Assembly: GCF_001194135.2 (NCBI RefSeq)
Contig: NC_068983.1
Coordinates: forward strand, 64,298,986 to 64,361,214
Length of the DNA stretch: 62,229 nt
Source of the DNA: Octopus bimaculoides
Lineage: Eukaryota
Direction of reading: 5' to 3'
The position numbers and the translations under genes were made by a program. This document shows positions 13,764 through 25,616 of the stretch, piece after piece. The stretch's first letter is position 1. Each line of letters starts with the position of its first letter. Below the pieces are notes generated by a model. The model made no database searches. It saw only the letters and a list, made by a program, of their open reading frames with translations, and was not told where the DNA came from.

Positions 13764-13770
<7 letters not shown>
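13621..13770 (+). mobile_element. tRNA-type SINE family A, 5' half (truncated by gap)
   Basis: GGAGTGGCTGTGTGGTAAGAAGCTTGCTT...GGCACCTTGGGCAAGTG...GGAAAGAAACCCGTCGTATATA; same head recurs at 15927 (+) and 57365 (-). Confidence 0.8.
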
Positions 13771-13797
<27 letters not shown>

Positions 13798-14122
13798 TAT
13801 ATNNNNNNNNNNNNNNNNNNNNNNNNNNNNNNNNNNNNNNNNNNNNNNNNNNNNNNNNNNNNNNNNNNNNNNNNNNNNNNNNNNNNNNNNNNNNNNNNNN
13901 NNNNNNNNNNNNNNNNNNNNNNNNNNNNNNNNNNNNNNNNNNNNNNNNNNNNNNNNNNNNNNNNNNNNNNNNNNNNNNNNNNNNNNNNNNNNNNNNNNNN
14001 NNNNNNNNNNNNNNNNNNNNNNNNNNNNNNNNNNNNNNNNNNNNNNNNNNNNNNNNNNNNNNNNNNNNNNNNNNNNNNNNNNNNNNNNNNNNNNNNNNNN
14101 NNNNNNNNNNNNNNNNNNNNNN

Positions 14123-14159
<37 letters not shown>

Positions 14160-14173
14160 AGTAAAGGAAATTT

Positions 14174-14205
<32 letters not shown>

Positions 14206-14539
14206 ATGTATATATGGCAAATAAGAAAATGAAAAGGATAAACAATTGACAAACATAATCCTGTAAACTTTCAATTACATATATTTATTAATTGATTACA
14301 ATCATATGTGTAAGTGCTCCAAATAAAGGAGTGAAAAAGCAAATATATAAGTAAAAATATATAAATAAAAATAAACGTTTATTTTTATTTACATATTTAT
14401 TCACTTATTTGCTTAGTTCATTCCTTTATTTGGATCACTTACACATATGATAATAATCAATTAATAAATACATATAATTGAATGATTACAGGTTGATGTT
14501 TGCCGATTGCTTATCCTCTACATTCTTTTATTTGCCTTA

Positions 14540-15340
14540 TAAATCCTGGTCATATTTCTGATTTACTCCAGTAATACATAATATTCAGTTTCGATATTGC
14601 CCTGCAATAGTAAGCACTTGGATATAAATACGTAGTTATACATCCATTGTCTTAGATTATGTTTAAAATTTTCAATGAAGGGGGAGTTAAACGTGCAAAA
14701 TCGATTGACATATGAACATTTGGAAAAGTCGAACGCAATAATGCACCCACGGTGGAAACAGTACCTTATGTATCCACATACAATCCCAGAAATAACGACG
14801 CATTTAACATCATTGTCCAACATTTCCCAATTCTCCATAAGGACACCAAACTGAAGGAGATTCTATGTACTCATAAAATCATTAAATGCAATAAACAACT
14901 TCCTCATAAATACTAAATTATTCTCAAGAATAGCAGACGCAAAAGTAAAAAATATGGTCGTCCTAACATGTGCCAATCTTTTGGAAGGATCAGAATTCCA
15001 TTTTAGACAGGGTTAAAAATTCAAAATTAAATCCAACTTCACTTGCGCTGTAGAAAACCTCATTTATGCAATTAGATGCTCGGGCTGCCATAAAAAGAAA
15101 CTATATTGGGTCGAAAGGAATGGCTCTTAGAGGAACATGTACAATCCAGTGACAGCACCTTTCTTCGCCACATTATCGCCAGATATAGCTCAGTGAACAC
15201 ATTGACAGATTTGCAGAACAACAGCAACCAGAATTTCTAATCTTCTTATTATCCAACTTGGTATGTGGACACCAACACAAGTTCGATTAAATAAAGAAGC
15301 CTCATTTATCCAAAAATAAAAGCCAGAACGAAATATAAGC
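14540..15340 (+). mobile_element. Penelope-like element remnant, GIY-YIG endonuclease region
   Basis: Translation with stops/frameshifts: PYVSTYNPRNNDAFNIIVQHFPILHKD...FKIKSNFTCAVENLIYAIRCSGC..NYIG...LSEHID...RLNKEASFIQK, the PLE 'N.IY.I.C..C...YIG' pattern. Confidence 0.85.
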
Positions 15341-15592
15341 CCATTTGGAAAATTACAGATTTACCACCCCTTTACTGAAAAATAACTTGGTTACTTATTA
15401 TCCCACCTCCATAACAAACATAATTTCTCATTCCAAATTGCATCTTATACTCAAAATTTGAAAGCGAAATCACTTATGTTAGAGGAAAACATTCTTAATT
15501 TGTATAATATAGTATAACACTCTTGCTATGACGATTCTAATATATTCTTTAGTCTTGCATAACAAACCTGTTTTTTCATCTTAGTTCCTTCC

Positions 15593-15623
<31 letters not shown>

Positions 15624-15926
15624 CCGTGTTATCGCCCTTTTTGATGTCGAAATGCATTTGCATTGTAGTTAGCATCGGCAGTATGCTGATATGTACAGAC
15701 GTATGCCATGATGTATACACATGATAGCATACATAAGCAATACACCAGATGAATATAGATATGGATTCATAGATGCTATTATATAGCTATTAGCCTTTAG
15801 ATTTATATAATAGTAGTTTGTGTGTGGGTGCTGGGGGTGGTGTGCATACTACATACTGTTAAAATGTACCGACTACATTATCACGGAGTGTGACGTATGA
15901 AGACATTTCAACAACTCACCCTTTCA

Positions 15927-16089
15927 GGCTTGGCTGCGTGGTAAGAAACTTGATTCCCAACGACATGCTTCAGGGTTTAGTCCCACTGCGTGCCAACTTG
16001 GGCAAGTATATTGTACTATAGCATCGGACCGATTTGAACCTTGCGAGAGAATTTGGTAGACGGAAACATAAAGAAGCCCGTCGAATATG

Positions 16090-16140
<51 letters not shown>

Positions 16141-16143
16141 ATA

Positions 16144-16176
<33 letters not shown>

Positions 16177-16370
16177 ATGTGTGTGTGTGTGTGTTCATTC
16201 ACTCTGCATATCAACGGGTTTTTGTGTATTTACGTCCTCGTAACATACCAGTTCGGCAACAGTTACCGAAAGAATACTAGGCATAGAAAAAAAACACCTT
16301 TCAAGGCGGTGCCCCGACATGGTCGCAGTCAAATGAAAGAAACAAGTAAAAGATAGAAAAGGATAAAAGA
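15927..16370 (+). mobile_element. SINE family A, near full length with internal (TA)/(TG) microsatellite
   Basis: tRNA-like head with GGTTTAGTCCC B-box-like word, internal microsatellite, 3' end GGCGGTGCCCC...GCAGTCAAATGA..AACAAGTAAAAGA shared with other copies in the window. Confidence 0.85.
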
Positions 16371-19300
16371 CACACTGTATACATACATGATCGCATGAGC
16401 ACACACACGCATATCTATACGCACAATGTCCCATATCACGTGCTTGCAGACTCCACACCATGCAATAAAATAGCACACGCCAGTTCACATGCAAGCCATT
16501 CAGATACAGACATACACATACACATAGTCAAGTCTTCTCTCCCCAACACATTGACACACACATTCTCACTTACATCCATATAAATATAAATATAGACCCA
16601 GTAGAATAAGAGATACAAAGGCCTGAAGGATATTTTGAGTGAGAATATATTTTCGATCAGGTCAAGAATGGCGACGAACGGACTTTGATAAACTTAGCTG
16701 ATTCAATAATTGACCGAACCATTAATCGATTATTTAATTTAAGCTGTTAAACAATTGACTAATAATGATAAAAGAAGTGAAATAGAACCAGGATGTGTTT
16801 ACCATTAGCATAAGGACCCCCAGGGCATGCAAAATAATATGTTTCAACACATGTCTTCACATCAAGAATTTTGCAAACCAAATATTAAAGCTATATGCAT
16901 CTATATAAGGGTAAACAACCCTTTTTATATAGGTATTACTTCCGGCCATGTGATTGCGCTTAGAAATTCCCCTTCGAGGGCAGGCTGTTTATGAAAAACT
17001 AGCAGTCGGCCATGTATAACAGTCTCTCCTTTCCACGTAGCCAATATTTTCAAACGTCGATACAACTTGCATCAGTTGGATGCGATTAAAACGCACAGAA
17101 AATAGAGTCGGTAATTCCAACTTGGAATTCCGTTAGAGCTAATTGCTACACGTTTAGAATTTGTGCAAGATAGATACATATGGGATGCCTTTGATAGAAG
17201 TGCAAATAGGGACTTGTGGTTTTTAATCTCTTTATTTGAATATATATTCTATTAGTTATATGATTGCGTTTACATATGGGTGTATACACACATACAAACG
17301 CACTCATTCACATGCGTTAAAACATAGACAAACACTCATACACAATGTGTAATTGACTAATAAGAAACAATAGAGAATTTACTGAACTTTTCACATTTTG
17401 GCGCCAAATTGTACGCGTGTGTCTACGGCTCCAGGGAGGAGCGCATTAATTTATACTCTGGTTGAAAGTATTTAATAATAACTTTTTACTGCAAGAACGA
17501 ATTTTCTCAAGGGGTTACTCAGAAAAGTCGAAATTCTTGCTAATGAAAAGTTAGTGGAATGCAAGTGAAAATATATATGATACTACAATAATTGTTTTTT
17601 TTACCATACACTACAGAAAAAAACCCCAAAACCTAAACGTATCTTATGTCTGTACGTCGAGATTCAAAACAGTGAGAAAACACAAGGAAACAAAGAACCC
17701 TATAGGTTGTCATTGGATCCGTAATAAACAACAGTCATATCCCAAACTTCATCCTCTCTGCCTCTGTGTTTCTCTTTGTGTCTGTCTGTCTGTCTGTCTC
17801 TGTGTGTGTCCGTCTGTCTGTTTGTCTGTCTGTCTGTCTCTCTCTCTCTGTCTCTGTCTGTCTCTCTCTCTCTCCCTCTCTCATTCTCTCTAGCCCTCAA
17901 ATTTACTGTTTTTTGAAAATGGGAATAACAAATTGCAGAATATTTTGTGATATGCCAGAATATGGTTAGAACTAAATTGGAACTATGTGTGATCGAGTAA
18001 AACCGAATTAGAAATAAAAACCGTCTTAAAAACTTATTGATATCCCACAAAAAAAAAAAAATATTAGTCCTCAATGCCGCAGTACTGTACTGTGTATTCA
18101 AATTATATTTCCGATAGGGTGACTTTTAAGCTAGCTCCTGTGTTGGCTCTTCATTAAGCCTTGGACCCAACAAAAGAGCTATAAACCGCTAAGTAAAGGA
18201 AGGGAGTAAAGGTAAGGGAGTAAAAAAGTCCATAGTATTCGCGTAAGCGCACCAACCCGTACATGATTCACTTACCCACTTGCATATATATACACTGACA
18301 TGCTTATAAATGAGTTTTATGTCTTCTCCTGCTTCTCTGTCGTTCACAATCCTTTTGTGTTTTAAAATCTTTCTGTCCTCTCTTATTTTAGCATCCTTTC
18401 TTGTACTATTGCATCAATTCACCTTCCTGCAACACATTCTTTTCTTTTGTATATCTTCGCTTCGTTCATTTAGGTTTCACATGCATTTACCCATGGTTTG
18501 GTTAGAAAATGCGCATCATTTTTCATAAAATAAAGTAACTGCTTTCAGAGTTCAAGAGTTCAAAACTTTAGGCAAAAAGTGCTTGAGAACATTAGCCAGC
18601 ATATCTTGGCGCTATTTCATACTTTTTCGCTAACATCTTGAAACACAAAAAGCGAAATATACTTAGAAATCATTATTATATAGTTATGAATCACAACGAT
18701 GAGATTTATTTAAGCTTGACCACAACTGTGATATAAAATAACACAAGGCTATATTTAATGTGAATAGATTAATTCAATAAATGATAAATATAGATGTCAT
18801 ATGAGGGCATCTGACTTATTTTGTTAAGTGACCTATGCTAACTCTTATAATGAAATTAATCTGTCAGGAATCTTAGTCAAGCAACATTGAGAAAATAATA
18901 GTTTAAATTATACGACACAACTATAACACTGTCACAATTGATATGCTAATATGTTTTATTGTACGTTTGCATATTGAAAATAAATATAAAATTAGCTCCT
19001 TCCCAGTTGCCTTAGTTTAACTTCAATGCGAAATGCATATTTTGACGAAATTGGTATAATCATCGGTACTATAATATCTAATTTATTCGTTTTTAAAGAT
19101 TTCAATATTAATGATTACTTTTCATTCTTAAATTAAATTAGCTTAATTCCTTTCGTTTTTGTTTTTATTTGGTGGTGCGGGGATGAATACCTGTTATTGC
19201 TGACACGATGATCGGAAAAGCACATTGTGCAAGTTAAAGCACGTTTAAACCTGAATTTTGTATAACAGCGTAGTGCCATGCTAAGTGAATCCACTACCAA

Positions 19301-19547
19301 TCGCCAAAGTCTGCACAAGTAATGTATGTGACATCTTCTGTTGAATTTACAGAAGATTTGTATTCATGCAGATATTTGGCCATGCCGCAGAGCTGTCTGA
19401 AAATTCTTTATTCCTTCTACTATGGCTGTGATAATCTTAGTTTTTAAAATCAGAGAAACGGATCATTATGTCACTAATACAAAAGTACGTTTTAATTTAT
19501 AGTAGAGGTAAAGTTGGTAATCGGGTCAAATTTACTCCCTTAACCTT

Positions 19548-21000
19548 CACTATGTGACATGAGTAAGACTACTAAGTTAGAGAGAATACTATGATCACAT
19601 ATCAGTGTACTGTTTCTTCAGTGTGGGTGCAATTGTGATAACTTAAAAACATTGCAACTTTATTAAATTCCTCAATCTGTAGTATCCAATAAGAATAATT
19701 TTCCACTGTGTCCATCGTCTTGTCAGAAATCCCCTTGATTATGAATGCATTAACTTATGAAGAATGAAATGCAGCTGGAGATGTTCAAGTGGAAGAAAAT
19801 AAGATATTTCTAATTTAACTTTCGAAACAACTGGTTCCTCGAATAAAATGCATTAACTAACAATAAAAGACATGCATAACTTAGTCTGAGATCTGAATTT
19901 ATCTAAGTATTAGCCTGAATATTTAGGTTCAAGATTAAAGAGTTGGAATTAACTGCAGCATGATAATATAGCTCATGTTATTCTCGGCCACCGTGATGAA
20001 TTTAAAGAATTGTTCTGCTATGTTCATTTCAGTGATGGCTTCCGTGCAACGAACATGACGTGTATGAATGATGATTATTCACTGATTCCTCAAACGTCAA
20101 CTTGAAAGCAGTCATTCCTCATAACAAATGTAATTTACCATTCAACACACACGCCATATAGACATTAAAGTCATAAAGTTACTTGTACAAATGATCCATA
20201 TCAGAAACATGAATATAATATTTCAGAGGAGAATGTCATCGTGCCATTGCCAGGATTTCATTTGGGTTATCCCGAATATTTTAACAATTCTTTTAGACGG
20301 ATTAGCCATAATGTATCCCCCTTTTTCGATCTAAAATAAGAATTTAATACAGTTCATCTGTTGATATTGAGAAGGTGTTTATTTTGCAAAGCTAACTCCT
20401 AAAATATTAAAGAAAATATTGTTAATGCAATTAAACGCCAAGTACGTTATAACTCTTGAGAAATAAACTGGCCAATTTCTGCAAAGCAATGTTTTATATG
20501 AACTCCGGTCGGAGAAGTTTTAAGTGGTACTGCTGTTAAAGGAGTGTTCAATGATGTTACGGAAGTGCATAGCAAAGTTTGAAATGCCTCGTTGCCAAAT
20601 TCTTTGGATCCAAAAACCATTCTTAGATAATAAGCGTATTATTAAAGATTTATCAAATATTGCGATGCAAAATAACATTAAAGGTTCCCCCTTGGACACT
20701 TTGAACCATAAATGCAGTAAACGACGTTCAACGTAAGAATTTTTATTTACGAATTTCTACAATTGATCATATTTACCACGTAAAAAGGAGATCGCTATGC
20801 TTGCTGCCCAAAGATCGGCTCTGAAAAAGGGACTTGCATAAGACAAAGGTGTATTTTTATGGTTTAAGAAATGTACAACTATATAAGTTGTTAAACACTG
20901 AATTCTACGTCACACAAACTTATTCGGATTAGCACAAAATGTGCTATACTATTCAGTTGTTTGCATTCTTTCGAAACTACAAAAAATGTCTTGTTCACCA
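19548..21000 (+). mobile_element. Decayed Chapaev3-like (CMC superfamily) DNA transposon
   Basis: Starts CACTATGTGACA; frameshifted blocks HISVYCFF, LGSRLKSWN*L, FTDSSNVNLKAVIPHN, LGYPEY, A*QSLKCLVAKFFG, LRCKITLKV, AVNDVQRKNFYLRIST match the family motifs as I recall them (DCYFC; LLGSRLKEWNLL; LFIDSS..SLKAVLLHN; GYTKY; AW.SFK.VV.NFLG; LGC.MSLK; VSDE.GERFHQDI). The family name is from memory. Confidence 0.75.
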
Positions 21001-21952
21001 ATCTCATTTTTTTTTTATTAGCGTATTTGTCCCTATTGCTACAGGCATACGTAGTGTTAGAAAGGGTTAAATAACGTCAGCGTGGTGTCCAATGAAACGA
21101 TATATACGCCGATCAGAGTAAAATAATTTTGTCTGTGTTCTTAAAGAAGTCCCATAATGTTCTTTGGCGTCGGGAAACACCAATGTAAACAAAGTGAGAA
21201 TGTCAGGCAAGATTTCAAACGAATATTTGGTTACAAGACAGATATATCAATAAAGGGCAAAGATAATCAATGTAAGATTCAATAAAATAGATATTCGGTT
21301 TTCGCTTATTCCAACATTTTCTCTTTCAATATACAACAGCTTAGAATTCATTTAAATAATCGTATTGCAGAGATCGTTCTAAGTCACGCGTTACAGGTAA
21401 TTAGATTATTAACTTCTGTTAATGTTTTGTCATCACGTTTTTACCTAGGAACCTCCGTTATAATTCAGAAGGAAACATAAGTATTCTAATTATCATATCG
21501 CTCCCTACTGCACGAAAAAAAAACAAAAAAAAAATAAAAAAGGATGCAAGCTGTGCTTATGACAAACAAAAATATGTGCGTTGCTATATGTCCGAACGTC
21601 CGACAAAATATGCTTTTACCTATGATGAATATGATGGGATGTATTTCTGGTCGAGATAATTCTTTAACTTACCCGAATCACCGGACATAATGTCAATTCT
21701 AATGCACTAAGAGTAATTAATAACAGTTTAAAATTAATTTTCCTTCTTTGTCGACATTTTTGTAAATTTATATTCATATTCCATTATGGAAGTTTCATGG
21801 CGCCATTTTAAAATACAAATAGAGCGCAAACATTTCGTTTATTTTGTAATTATATTTCGTCACAGAAAATTTCAAAATACTCTGCATTTCATGCAGTAAA
21901 ACGGTGTCAGTGAACAATGATGAAATAACATACCGAACCATTACCTACTTAC

Positions 21953-21954
21953 CC

Positions 21955-22030
<76 letters not shown>
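21953..22030. repeat. (TCTA)n microsatellite
   Basis: Direct inspection. Confidence 0.95.
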
Positions 22031-22031
<1 letters not shown>

Positions 22032-22249
22032 ATTCCATACTTCTTCACTTAGCGTTTATCTTCACTTTTCTTAAATTGGATACGTCTGCTATTAATTCTT
22101 ACATACAATTTCCCCGATAATTCTTACAGCTTCATTTTCTGTTAAACCAATTCTTAACGTCAAATTCTTAAGGCTTCTTCTATTTTTCCTAGCCCCCCAT
22201 ACTTACCGAGATCAGCGATTGAAACTTTTTCTAATGCAATTCTCCTTTC

Positions 22250-23820
22250 TGAGCTACTTCCTGGAAAATTACGGGGATGTGATTTCTTGGAAAGTTCCGA
22301 GGATTCCTGAAACGATCCGCAGATGAGTTACTTCCTGGAAAATTCCGAGAATTTCCTTCAAATATCAACAAATAAGGTACTTCCTAGAAACTTCCGCAAA
22401 GGGTACTTTCCTGGAAATATCCGAGGATGAGCTACTTCCTGGAAAGTTCCGAGGACATCCTCAAAAAATCCGAGGATGAGCTACTTTCATGAAATTTCGA
22501 GGATGAGCTACTTCTTGGAAAGCTCCGAGGATTTCCTGGAAATACCCGAGGATGAGCTACTTCTTGGAAAGCTCCGAGGATTTCCTAGGGAAATCCGAAG
22601 ATGAGCTACTTCCGGGAAAGTTGCAAGGATTACCTAGAAAGTTCCGAGAATTTCACGAAAGTTCCGAGGATGACCTACTTCCTGGAAAGTTCCGAGCAAT
22701 GGTCTTCCTGGAAAATTTCGATGATTACCTGGAAAAATCCGAGGGATTCCTTGAAATGTCCGAGAACTTCCTGCAAATGTTCGAGGATTAGCTACTTCCT
22801 GGAAACTTCCGAATATGGCACTGCCTTTGAAATATCCGAAGATGACCTACTTTCTGGAAAATTCCGAGGATTTCATGGGAAGTTCCGATGTTTTCATAAA
22901 AATCCTAGGATGAGCTACTTCATGGAAAGTCCCGATGATTACCATCGGAAATGCGATGTCTTCCTGGAAAGAACCACGGTTTTCCTGGAAAGTTCGGAGG
23001 AATTCATGGGAAAGTCCGTGGATTAGCTACTTCAGGGAAAGTTCCAATGATTGGTTTCCCTGGAAAGTTCCGAGGATTTCCAGGAAAGAGCAGAATATGG
23101 GCTATTCTTGGAAAGTTCTGAGGGTGGTACTACCTGGAAAATTCCGAGGATTTCCTGGGAAATGCCAAGGACTTCCAGAAAGAGCAGAGGATGGCCTACT
23201 TTCAGAAAAGTTCCGAGCGTGGTACTTCCTGGAAAGTTCCGAGGATTATCTGGGAAGATCCGAGGATGGGCTACTTCCCGTAAACTTATGAGGATGGTAC
23301 TTCGTGGAAAGTTCCGTGGATTATCTGGGAAGATGTGAGGTTGAGCTACTTCTTGGAAAGTTGCGTTGAATACCTGGAAAATCCGGGGATTCCCTGGAAA
23401 ATTCCGATGATTTTCTGGGAAGTTTCAAGATTGAACTAATGCCTGGAAAGTTCCGAGGATGCTACTTCCTGGAAAGTTTCGAAGATGAGCTCCTTCCTCG
23501 ATAGTGTCGAGGAGGGGTGAATTATTTCATGGAAAGTTCAGAGCAGGGGTAATTTGTTCCTGGAATGTTCCACGGACTTAGCGGAGGAGAGGAATTACTT
23601 CGTAGAATGTTCCGAGGAGGAGGAATTACTTCCTGTAAAGTTTCAAAGATGGGACGAAAGGTGTCGAAAGTTCCAAGCAGGGTGAGGAAGGGGAGGAATG
23701 GGAGACATTACCTCCTGGAAAGTTCCGAGGAAGGGGGAATTACTTCCTGGAAAGTTCCGAGGAAGGGGGAATTACTTCCTGGAAAGGTCCGAGGAGGGGA
23801 GGAATTACTTCCTTGAATGT
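22250..23820. repeat. ~1.57 kb degenerate minisatellite of interleaved 21-bp and 28-bp units, grading into ~32-bp G-rich units
   Basis: Core TTCCTGGAAAGTTCCGAGGAT (21 nt), often extended by GAGCTAC (28 nt); after ~23500 the spacer becomes AGGGGGAATTAC. Confidence 0.95.
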
Positions 23821-24227
23821 TCTGCGGAGGAGCATCCATCATGCTGCTGCGGAATTTGGATGCTACAATAATGTGTAATGGCACGTGCATGATAATCAAA
23901 ATTTATACTCCCGAGTTTTACAACCAGCCATCTTGAATGGATCGACCGCTGGTCAAGATGTTCTTATAACTCCAGTGTCTCTCCCTCCCTCCGATACGAT
24001 TTACAAGTTTAAGCAGCTTATTTATTATTGTTTTGAAAACATCTCTTATTTTTCTCCTTATCTTGAAAGTGCGCCATGCAAAGAAAGCCGGTTTGAAATC
24101 CTTTTGAAATCCTTAGACCCATTTTTATGAAAATATGCTTGTAGTTTAGCATTCTGCCTTATTATTATGTTTTTTCCTTTCGTGTCATTTTTCCACGTGC
24201 CGTGAACAGAACCCCACCATTTACTGA

Positions 24228-24275
<48 letters not shown>

Positions 24276-24842
24276 CATATTAATTAAATTGGTGGCTTAT
24301 TAACAATTAGAACCTAGCGGCAAAAAATTAACAGAGGTCACGTAAGTGACGGAGCATGCTGGTCAGGATCTATTATACTCCAATAAGAGTTAAATTAACT
24401 CCAAAGACACAAACTACTAATTAAATGACTGACAAAGGGAAGTAAGTCCGTAGCATACGAAGCTGTGACGTGATTTCGAGTCCTGTTGTTGGACATATTA
24501 ATTTTCCTCGGTGGCTTTTAAGGTCTAACGTTAAACTCAACTTCCTCTGTCAATCATATATATAATTTCTAATTGCTAATCAGCCACACTTTTAATGAGT
24601 TGTTTACAGCTAGACCGTTTAGAAAATCAGCATAAGATTTGAACGGGTTTTCTTATATGATTGACAGACGTTGAGTGTAACTCTCAGCATTAAAGCTGAT
24701 GGTGAGAATTAAGGTGTCCAACACCAGCATTTGAAGTCGTAATACGGCTTCATACGCTAGGAAATTACTTCCCTTTGCCAGGCATTAAATTAGTGAGTTG
24801 TGGCTCGGTGTTGTCCAGTACCCTCTTTCACTTTTGTGACCC

Positions 24843-24899
24843 TCCTCTCTATCTCTCTGTCTCTCTGTCTCTCTGTCTCTCTGTCTCTCTGTCTCTCTG

Positions 24900-24932
<33 letters not shown>

Positions 24933-24957
24933 GTTTCTCTCTCTCTCTCCCTTTATG

Positions 24958-24989
<32 letters not shown>
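24843..24989. repeat. (TCTCTGTC)n/(TC)n/(TA)n compound microsatellite
   Basis: Direct inspection. Confidence 0.95.
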
Positions 24990-25570
24990 NNNNNNNNNNN
25001 NNNNNNNNNNNNNNNNNNNNNNNNNNNNNNNNNNNNNNNNNNNNNNNNNNNNNNNNNNNNNNNNNNNNNNNNNNNNNNNNNNNNNNNNNNNNNNNNNNNN
25101 NNNNNNNNNNNNNNNNNNNNNNNNNNNNNNNNNNNNNNNNNNNNNNNNNNNNNNNNNNNNNNNNNNNNNNNNNNNNNNNNNNNNNNNNNNNNNNNNNNNN
25201 NNNNNNNNNNNNNNNNNNNNNNNNNNNNNNNNNNNNNNNNNNNNNNNNNNNNNNNNNNNNNNNNNNNNNNNNNNNNNNNNNNNNNNNNNNNNNNNNNNNN
25301 NNNNNNNNNNNNNNNNNNNNNNNNNNNNNNNNNNNNNNNNNNNNNNNNNNNNNNNNNNNNNNNNNNNNNNNNNNNNNNNNNNNNNNNNNNNNNNNNNNNN
25401 NNNNNNNNNNNNNNNNNNNNNNNNNNNNNNNNNNNNNNNNNNNNNNNNNNNNNNNNNNNNNNNNNNNNNNNNNNNNNNNNNNNNNNNNNNNNNNNNNNNN
25501 NNNNNNNNNNNNNNNNNNNNNNNNNNNNNNNNNNNNNNNNNNNNNNNNNNNNNNNNNNNNNNNNNACAAC

Positions 25571-25616
<46 letters not shown>

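Noticed and set aside
21050-21072. AAAGGG-TTAA resembling a piggyBac end
   Set aside because: The adjacent coding remnant matches a different transposase family, and no matching left TIR or piggyBac motifs were found.
22552-23338. Overlapping ORFs with ESSEDFL heptads
   Set aside because: They are a by-product of the minisatellite; 28-nt units shift the frame repeatedly, so no continuous protein is encoded.
22250-23820. CRISPR-like appearance of the repeat array (also 48571-48980)
   Set aside because: No unique spacers of constant length, repeats are degenerate or contiguous, no cas genes, and the context is eukaryotic.
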